A DNA stretch of 64,000 nucleotides from Camelus ferus (Eukaryota), in NCBI RefSeq assembly GCF_009834535.1, contig NC_045697.1, positions 110,858,001 to 110,922,000 of the forward strand, in the 5' to 3' direction. The position numbers and the translations under genes are program-made. The notes under the pieces were generated by a model. That model was not told the DNA's origin and did no database searches. It saw nothing but the letters and a program-made list of their open reading frames with translations. Each line of letters opens with the position of its first letter. Position 1 is the first letter of the stretch. Shown here piece by piece: positions 56,070-64,000 of this stretch.

Positions 56070-57130
56070 ATTTGGTATATCTTCAACAAATGTTGGGAAA
56101 AATATCTCTATGTGCAAAAGAATGAAATTAGACTCATCTTAAGCCATATGCAAAAATTAACTTGACAGTGGATCAAAGACCTAAGCATAAGACTTAAAAC
56201 ACTAAAACGCCTAGGAAAAAACATAGGGGAAAAGCTTCATTGGATCTGGCAATGATTTCTTGGATACTCCACCAAAAGCAAAATAAAAAAAAGCAAAAAA
56301 TCACTAGATCATTAGTACTACATCAAACTAAAAAACTTTTGTGAAGCAAAGAAAACAGTCAATGCAGTCAAAAGGCAACTACAGAGAAGGAGATAATATT
56401 TGCCAATTTTATATCTCATGGGGGTTAATAACTAGAATATATAAAGCACTTCCACAACACACACACACACACACAAAATACTCCAATTAAAAATGAGCAA
56501 AAAACTTGAATAAACATCTCTTTAGAGATGATGTACAAATGGCCAATAGACATATGAGAAAAATGATCAACATCAGTAATGCATCAGAGAGATGCAAGTC
56601 AAAGCCGTAAGGAGATCTCACTTCATGCTCATTACAATGGTGACGGTCAAAAGATTTGAAAATAACACATTTTGGGGAAGATGCAGAGAAACTGGACCCC
56701 ATGTGCACTGCTGGAAAGATTCTAGAATAGTGCAGCCACTACAGAAAACAGTATGAAAGTTCCTCAAAAAACTAAAAATAGCACTGTCAAATGATCCAGA
56801 AATCCCCAAGAATTTATGCATGGATAAGCCTTTAGGCCATTTTACAAAGTAAGATAAGCCACTTACAAAAAGACAAATATTATGTGACTTCACTTATATA
56901 AGGTATCAAAAGTGGTCAATTCATAAAAAACAGAAAGTAAATGGTGCTTACCAGGAACTGAGGGAAGAGGAAAATGGAGACTTGTTTAATGGATACAGAG
57001 TTTCAGTTTTGCAAGATGAAGAAGTTTTAGAAATCCGTTTCACAAAATGTGCATGCATTTAACACGACTGAATTGTATATTTAAAAATGGTTAAGACAGC
57101 AATTCTGTATGTTTTTATCACAATAAAAAT
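56070..57130 (+). mobile_element. L1MB-type ORF2 C-terminus and 3' UTR
   Basis: tcttcaacaaatg...ggatcaaagacctaa...ggcaatgatttcttgga...tttcagttttgcaagatgaagaagttt...caataaaaa. Confidence 0.88.
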
Positions 57131-57329
57131 GTTATTAAATATCTGCATATAGTTAAATGTTAAGTGTAAAAAACAATGACTAATATCTCATTTGTCTCAG
57201 AAAGAAAACAAGCTTGAAGACAAAACGAAAACAATATAATACATGATGAAGGCTATGTGAATCATAATCTTTTTTTAGAATCTTTTTATGGTTTGGTAGG
57301 AGGATAAAGGTATTAATTACATATGACTC

Positions 57330-58475
57330 CATGCAGAGAGTAAGCTAGTAGAAAAAGGTACCAAAGATAGAATACACACTTAAAATTTTCAAATGAGTAG
57401 AGGGGAAAAAATGAAATGAGGGAAAATGAAACATAATTCTATACATTAAAAGGCAAAACACAGAACAAAAGAAATCAAGTGGGACATACAGAATGTAAAT
57501 AAGATGCAGTAATACATCAGTAATCATAATAGATGTAACTGCAAAAAGCACTTTAGTTAAAGACAAAACTAGCCATCCTGGATTCAGTTAGAAATAAAAC
57601 CAAATTATTTGCTGTCTAAAAGGGACACACATGAGACACAAGATCTCAAATGGCTAAATGTCTAAAGAAGATAAAGATATACCAGGCAGAAATATTAATC
57701 AATATTAATCAAAAGAAAGTGTAGATTTATTAACATCAGAAAAAATAATTTTAACCTAAACCGTGACTAGAGATAAAGAGATACATTATAGAATGATAAC
57801 AGTCTAATTTATTGGGAAGACAATATTATAAACATATATGCATACAATTTATAACAATACAATTTATAATAGTATAGTGTAAAAATATTTTAGAACTATA
57901 ATCTATCAAATAGTGGCAAATAATATTTTAATATGTTAATAACATACCTTTCTACTATTTGATAGATGAAACATTCAAAAAAATACTATAGAGAACATAC
58001 AAATAGCACAATTAAAAAAACTAATGCATATATAGAAAACTTGGGACCCAACCATTGCACAAGACACATTTCAAAGCAAAGATTATTTTTTAATGAACAC
58101 CGGTCAATTCCAAAGTCATACTGCCAGCCTCAAGTTATTTCAAAGACTGACATCATCGAGACTACAGTCTCTGTCCAAAAAGTGACTAAAGGAGAAATTG
58201 ATAAAAAAGGAAGATTAGAAAAACAACATATTTTTGTGAATAAAAAAACATGCTACTGAAAAATATGTGGGCTTAGAAGAAATAATAAAAGATAAAGAAG
58301 ATAATTAGAATAGAAAAATAACAAAAATACTGTGTCAAGCTGGTGAAATTCAGATAGACTAGTCTTTAGAAGAAAGCTTATAGCCTTAAATGTTTGCATT
58401 GGAAAAGAAAAGATATTTGAAGTTAATGAATTAAACTTACAAAGGAAGAAGTGAAAAAGACCCAAAGTAAAAAGG
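57330..58475 (+). mobile_element. Old L1M ORF2 N-terminal (endonuclease) remnant
   Basis: tttgctgtctaaaagggacacac...aaagatataccaggcagaa...gactagagataaagagatacattatagaatgata. Confidence 0.65.
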
Positions 58476-58479
58476 ACCC

Positions 58480-59691
58480 ATTAAATATACAGATCAAATT
58501 AAATTAAACTGATTAAATCTCTATCAAAATATCCATGATATTTTTCACAGGACTAGAAAAAATAATCCTAAAATTATGTAGAATCATAAAGGACCTCAAA
58601 TTGCCAAAGAAATCTGAGAAACAAAGAAGAAAGGTGAAGATATCACACTCCCAGACTTCAGACTATACTACAAAGCTACAGTTATCAAAGTGTGGTATTG
58701 GCACAGAAACAGACATATAAAACAATGGAAAAGAATGGAGGGCCCGGAAATAAACCCACACACTTATGTTATGGTCAGTTAATCTAAAGCAAAAGAGGTA
58801 AGAATATACAATGGAGAAAAAATAGCCTCTTCAATAAATGGTGCTGAGAAAACTGGACAGCTACATGGAAAAGGGTGCAATTAGAACATTTCCTCTCACC
58901 ATATGCAAAAATAAACTCAAAATATATTAAAGACCTAAATGAAAGTCCTGAAACTATAAAACTCTTCAAAGAGAACATAGACAGAGCACTCTTTGACATA
59001 AATAGTAGCAATTTTTTTTTTGGATCTGTCTTCTAAGGCAAAATAAATAAGAGCAAAAATAAACAAAAGGGACCTAATTAAACTTTAAAGACTACACAGG
59101 AAAGGAAACCATTGACAAAACAAAAGGACTAGCTAATGAATTGGAGAATATGTTTGCAAATGCTATGAATGACAAGGAGTTAATATCCAAAATGTATAAA
59201 CAGCTCTTACAACTCAATACCAAAAAAATTCAATCAAAAAAATGAGTAGAAGATTTAACAGACATTTTCCCAAAAAAGACATACAGATGTCTAACAGGCA
59301 CATGAAAAGTTGCTCAACATCACTAATTATTAGGGAAATACAAATCAAAACCACCATGAGATATCATCTCACACCTGTCAGAATGGCTATCATCAAAAAG
59401 TCTACAAATAACAAATGTTGGAGAGAATGTGGAGAAAAGGGAACCCTTGTACACTGTTGGTGGGAATGCAAATTAGTGCAGCCACTATGGAAGACAATAT
59501 GGAAGTTCCTTAAAAAACTAAAAACAGCACTAACATATGATCCAATAATCCATTCTTGGGTATGTATCTGGGAAAAAAATGAATTTGAAAAGATGCATAC
59601 ACTCCAGTGTTTTAGCAGCATTAGTTACAATAGCCAAGATACGGAAGCAACCCAAGTTCCAATCAACAGATGAGTGGATAAAGAAGATGTA

Positions 59692-59730
<39 letters not shown>

Positions 59731-60155
59731 GATATTACTCAGCCATAAATAAAGAATGAAATTCTGCCATTTGCAGCAACATGGATGGACCTAGAGAATA
59801 TTATGTTTAATGAAACAAAATCAGACAAAGACAAATATGGTATAAAATCACTTATGTGTAGAATCTAAAAAATAATACAAACAAATGTATACACAAAACA
59901 GAAGGAAATGCACAGATATAGAAAACAAACTTGTGATTACCAAAAAAGAAAGAGAAAGGAGAAGGGGCAAAATAGGACTATGGGATTAAGAAATAAAAAC
60001 TCCTATGTAGAAAATAACTAAGCACCGAGAATTAAACCCATTATCTTGCAATAACTTTTAATGGAGTATAATCTGTAAAAATACTGAACCCATATTCTGT
60101 AGACCTGAAACTAACATAACATTGTAAATCAGTATGCTTCAATAAAATAAAAAAG
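58480..60155 (+). mobile_element. 5'-truncated younger L1 (ORF2 C-terminus and complete 3' UTR)
   Basis: ORF 59242 gives [46 protein letters not shown]; terminus cctgaaactaacataacattgtaaatcagtatgcttcaataaaa. Confidence 0.93.
59694..59728 (+). repeat. (CA)17 microsatellite inside L1
   Basis: Seen directly. Confidence 0.95.
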
Positions 60156-61119
60156 TAAAGAGAAGATATTAAAGAAATAAAATAATGAAAATATAAGAAT
60201 GAAAAATGGGTTAATATTGTTCATTGGCAACTTACTAATATTACAATTTATTTGTTCATCCTTGTACACAGTTAAAAAATATAATAGAAAAGTTAATGAA
60301 TTTGTTTATTTCTTCCTTTTTGCAACACTCTAGAAAATACCATTTTATTATGTACAAGAAAAGTGAATAAACTGAATGCTAATGGTATGGGTACTGCAAT
60401 TAGGTAAGAGAAACTTTTTTCAGATATTATCTTGTTCTTAAAGCTGATTTAACTTGATTAATCTTGTTCCAAAGCTTTCTATATTCTATAAGGCTTTATT
60501 TTCAAAAATTACGTAGAGTTTTAAACTTTCTCTGAAGCTTTATCATCTTTTATATCTTTTTCTTCAGTATCTTTTTAATGATTTTCATGTTATATTTTCA
60601 AGGGCTTGTCCAAAGAATCTACATAGAAATTTATCAGCACCTACATATTACAATGTAGACTCATAATTCTTAAATTAAAAATAACTATATAAAGAATTAC
60701 ATATGTGTTAATTTATTACAAGTCAGTTGTAATAAATTTCTATGTGTAAAATCTACTTATGCTACACCAGAGTTTCATTTAGTTTTCATTGTTTAAGTAT
60801 TGCAACATCCTGGACAGCTCCATACCCACAGTAATCATAACAACAGTCAGTTATCAGGAGACCAAACCTTCTTTAGCTGCATTTGCATTCCCACCAAAAC
60901 TCAAAGTGTATTTGAGTCATTCCAGATGAATTTGCCAAAGGTAAAAAAATCATTTAACAACTAGTAAAAAACAAAGATTAACATCAAGACAATCTCGGTC
61001 TGGGGAGACCTTTAAGATTAGCACTCAAGACAAAAATCCAGAAATTAATAAATTTATTTTTTGTTTCTTAATAATTTTAAATTCTATAACCAGTCAAACA
61101 AACAATAAAATAAAGGGAA

Positions 61120-62600
61120 TTTTATGACTTCCTTTTTAATCCTTGTGTGTATAATCTCATTGTCTTGCCTTAACAGGCTACTATTTCCACCAAAATGTTA
61201 AAAAAAAAAAAAGGAAGGGGAGTGGTGGACATACTTGGTTTTTTACCTAAGTCAAATAAATAATTTCAGGATTTCTTCATTAATAATGGTATTTGCACTA
61301 ATTTTTGTTGATTCTCTTTATAAAATTAAGAAAGTATTCTTCTATTCCTAGTTTGCTCAAGGTTTGTTGTTGTTGTTAAATCATAATAGATTGTTTTCTT
61401 GATTCAGTTGAAATACATCTAATTGTGCATATATATATACATACATATATACATATACACACAAACATATATAAATAATATATAATACATATATACACAT
61501 TTCCTTGCATCTATATCTGTACTTGAAATACATATATAATGTATTTTATGTATTATTTATATATTTATAGGCAGATGCATATATACATATAGATGCATAT
61601 GTAGCTGCATTTGGTTTGGTAATTTGGGGAGGATTTTGCATACATATTCAACTGTGAGTCTGGGTTAAAATTTTCCTTTCTTATACCGTTCTTGCCAACA
61701 GGATGACTATCAAAATTTTGTTACCTATATAACTAGAAGAGTGTATCCTTTTTTAAATTTCCTGTACATTTTTATATAAGACTATACTTATCTCTTACTT
61801 GGCTGTTAGGTTAGAATTCACTGATTAAGCCATCTGAGACTGGATATTCATTGTTGAAAAAAATTAATTAATTATTCAATCAAATAGTAATTTGATTTCT
61901 TTAGTGCTTACAGAAGCATTCAGGCTTTTTATTTCTTCTTGAAAAAGAATTTAGTAATATTTTGTAGTAATTTGCCATTTCATTTACATTTTTTAAGTTA
62001 ATGTTCAAAATATTCTTTATTCTCATTTTGGTGTCTAAAGTATCTATGGTTATAATAATCTTTTTATTCTGAATATTAGATAATTGTGCTTTCTCTCTTT
62101 TTTTTTCTTTCTTGATCTCTTTTCATCCATTTCTCTATTTTTCTAAGTTGTTTCAAAGTACCAACTTTGTTCATATTTTATGCTATGTTTCATGCTTTTA
62201 ACTTCATCTTTCACTTTTTACTTCCTCCTTTATGTACTTTTCTATTTATTTTATTGCTCTTTTTCTAGCCTTTTTACGAGGATGTTTACCTCACTGGTTT
62301 TAGTATTTCTTATTTCCTAATGTGAGCAGTTAAGTTTATGAATTTCCTTCTAAGTACTGCTTTAGGTGTATCTTACAGGCTTGATATTCTCAGTATTTTT
62401 GTTATAACTGAAAATAATTTATTTTCATTATAAATTCTTGACTGAATTGGATATTTGATGTATATTTTAAAATTTTAAAATGTGAGGTTTTTCTAGTTAT
62501 CTTTCTGAAACTGATTTTTAATTTAATTTCATTGTCTGAAATCATAATTTGTATTATTTCAACCCTTTGAATCTATTTAACATTTCTTTTAAAATTACAT
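61120..62600 (-). mobile_element. Old L1M (L1ME-like) ORF2 remnant
   Basis: aaattaagaaagtattcttctattcctagtttgct; agaattcactgattaagccatctg; aatttccttctaagtactgcttta. Confidence 0.65.
61428..61605 (+). repeat. Degenerate (TA/CATA)n low-complexity tract
   Basis: Seen directly. Confidence 0.8.
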
Positions 62601-62658
62601 CTTTCAAAAAATTCCTGGAGTTGAAGTAATTTCCATTATAAATGTGCTGAGTTATTTA

Positions 62659-62961
<303 letters not shown>

Positions 62962-64000
62962 TTATGAAAGACATTGGCATCATAAATAAAATCTTGAGTT
63001 TTACTAGACAGAAAAGGTGTTAGTCAGGATATATATTTGTATTTTATAAAAGATCTTCCCTTTCTAAATAATTTCTTTCTATGTCTTTCTTACCAGAATT
63101 TCAGTATACTTAATGGGATCACTAGAGCTAACTATAAAACAAGATTATGAATAAATAACCTGGCATTCATAATGTTCTTCCTTTTGGAAATCTTTGTCAT
63201 TCATTCCCAAGAAACCAGTAGCCTACTTATAAATCACCCATAATCAGATTCAGGCCAGTGGATGCCTAGTTGATGTGTCTCTGAGGCCACATGAAATATT
63301 CCATTAACATATTTGATGTAGAATGAGGCTAATTTTAATAATGAATACCATATCAAAGTTGAAAAAAAGAAAATCTTAAATAATAACTAATAGCCACTTT
63401 TATTGGTGTCAAAATGTCATACACAATGAAAATTTTTCTCAAGATAAAGTGGAAAAAAATTGAGAGAGAAAAACATCATGGGAGACTTCAAGTTTCTAAC
63501 AAGATACAGACATTTATTTACTCTGTTTTTTGTTGATCACGAAGAGAAATTGCTGGGAAAGCAATTATATTTTTTCCTCTTACTAAGCCTGTCTGATTTC
63601 TTGAAAATAATTACCAGTCACGTGAAATAGCAAATAATCAGCTGCACAGCCTCAAGATCCGTGGGACCAATATCTCAAGGGCCATTTCAACAAAGTCAAA
63701 AGCAGAGGGTAATTAGCTCATTGGTTCAGCCAAGGTTTGTAGTCAGACACATTCTACAATGGATTTTCTTGCTGCTTTTGCAAGACATGGTAAGAGCCAC
63801 ATAAACCTAGGCTGTTTTAGTATCCTTAATTTGAGAATAATTCCTCTGCTGCAGCCAGCCATCTTTATAACCTTCATCAATAATTTGAATAAAAGAAACA
63901 GCTCCTTCCCTCTGAAGGAGACTGAAATAAAAACTCACATATACCATATTATACAGTCATAGCTGACAGCAGGTGAGCTCTTGTCTCATCAAATCAATAA

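Noticed and set aside
58464..60164. Possible TSD aaagtaaa around the 58.5-60.1 kb L1
   Set aside because: Only 8 bp match in A-rich sequence; insufficient.

Overview
AT-rich mammalian genomic DNA containing 11 consecutive internal coding exons of TLL1 (tolloid-like 1, BMP1/tolloid astacin metalloprotease family) on the minus strand. They encode CUB1-CUB2-EGF1-CUB3-EGF2-CUB4, which are exons 9-19 by my recollection of the human numbering. The gene enters from beyond the right edge and continues past position 1. Ten exons are intact and phase-compatible. Exon 10 (47841-47944) is one base too long, giving a +1 frameshift and a TAG at 47903-47905. The intron after exon 11 has a GC donor. The introns are dominated by transposable elements: a 5.6-kb L1 nested in an older L1 with a 19-bp target-site duplication (TSD), two unusual TSD-flanked L1 inserts that keep the 5' end but lack a normal poly(A) 3' end, older L1M fragments, MLT1 solo LTRs, MER58A/MER5A/Tigger2-type DNA elements, MIR, L2 and microsatellites. 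I saw no Alu, B1, BovB/Bov-tA, PRE-1 or SINEC elements, and the L1 3' UTRs look laurasiatherian; a camelid is a guess, not an identification. Most ORF-track entries are L1 remnants, exon read-throughs or noise. I found no convincing new biological system. The best leads are the exon 10 frameshift and the atypical L1 architectures. Repeat family names come from recalled consensus sequences and repeat boundaries are approximate.
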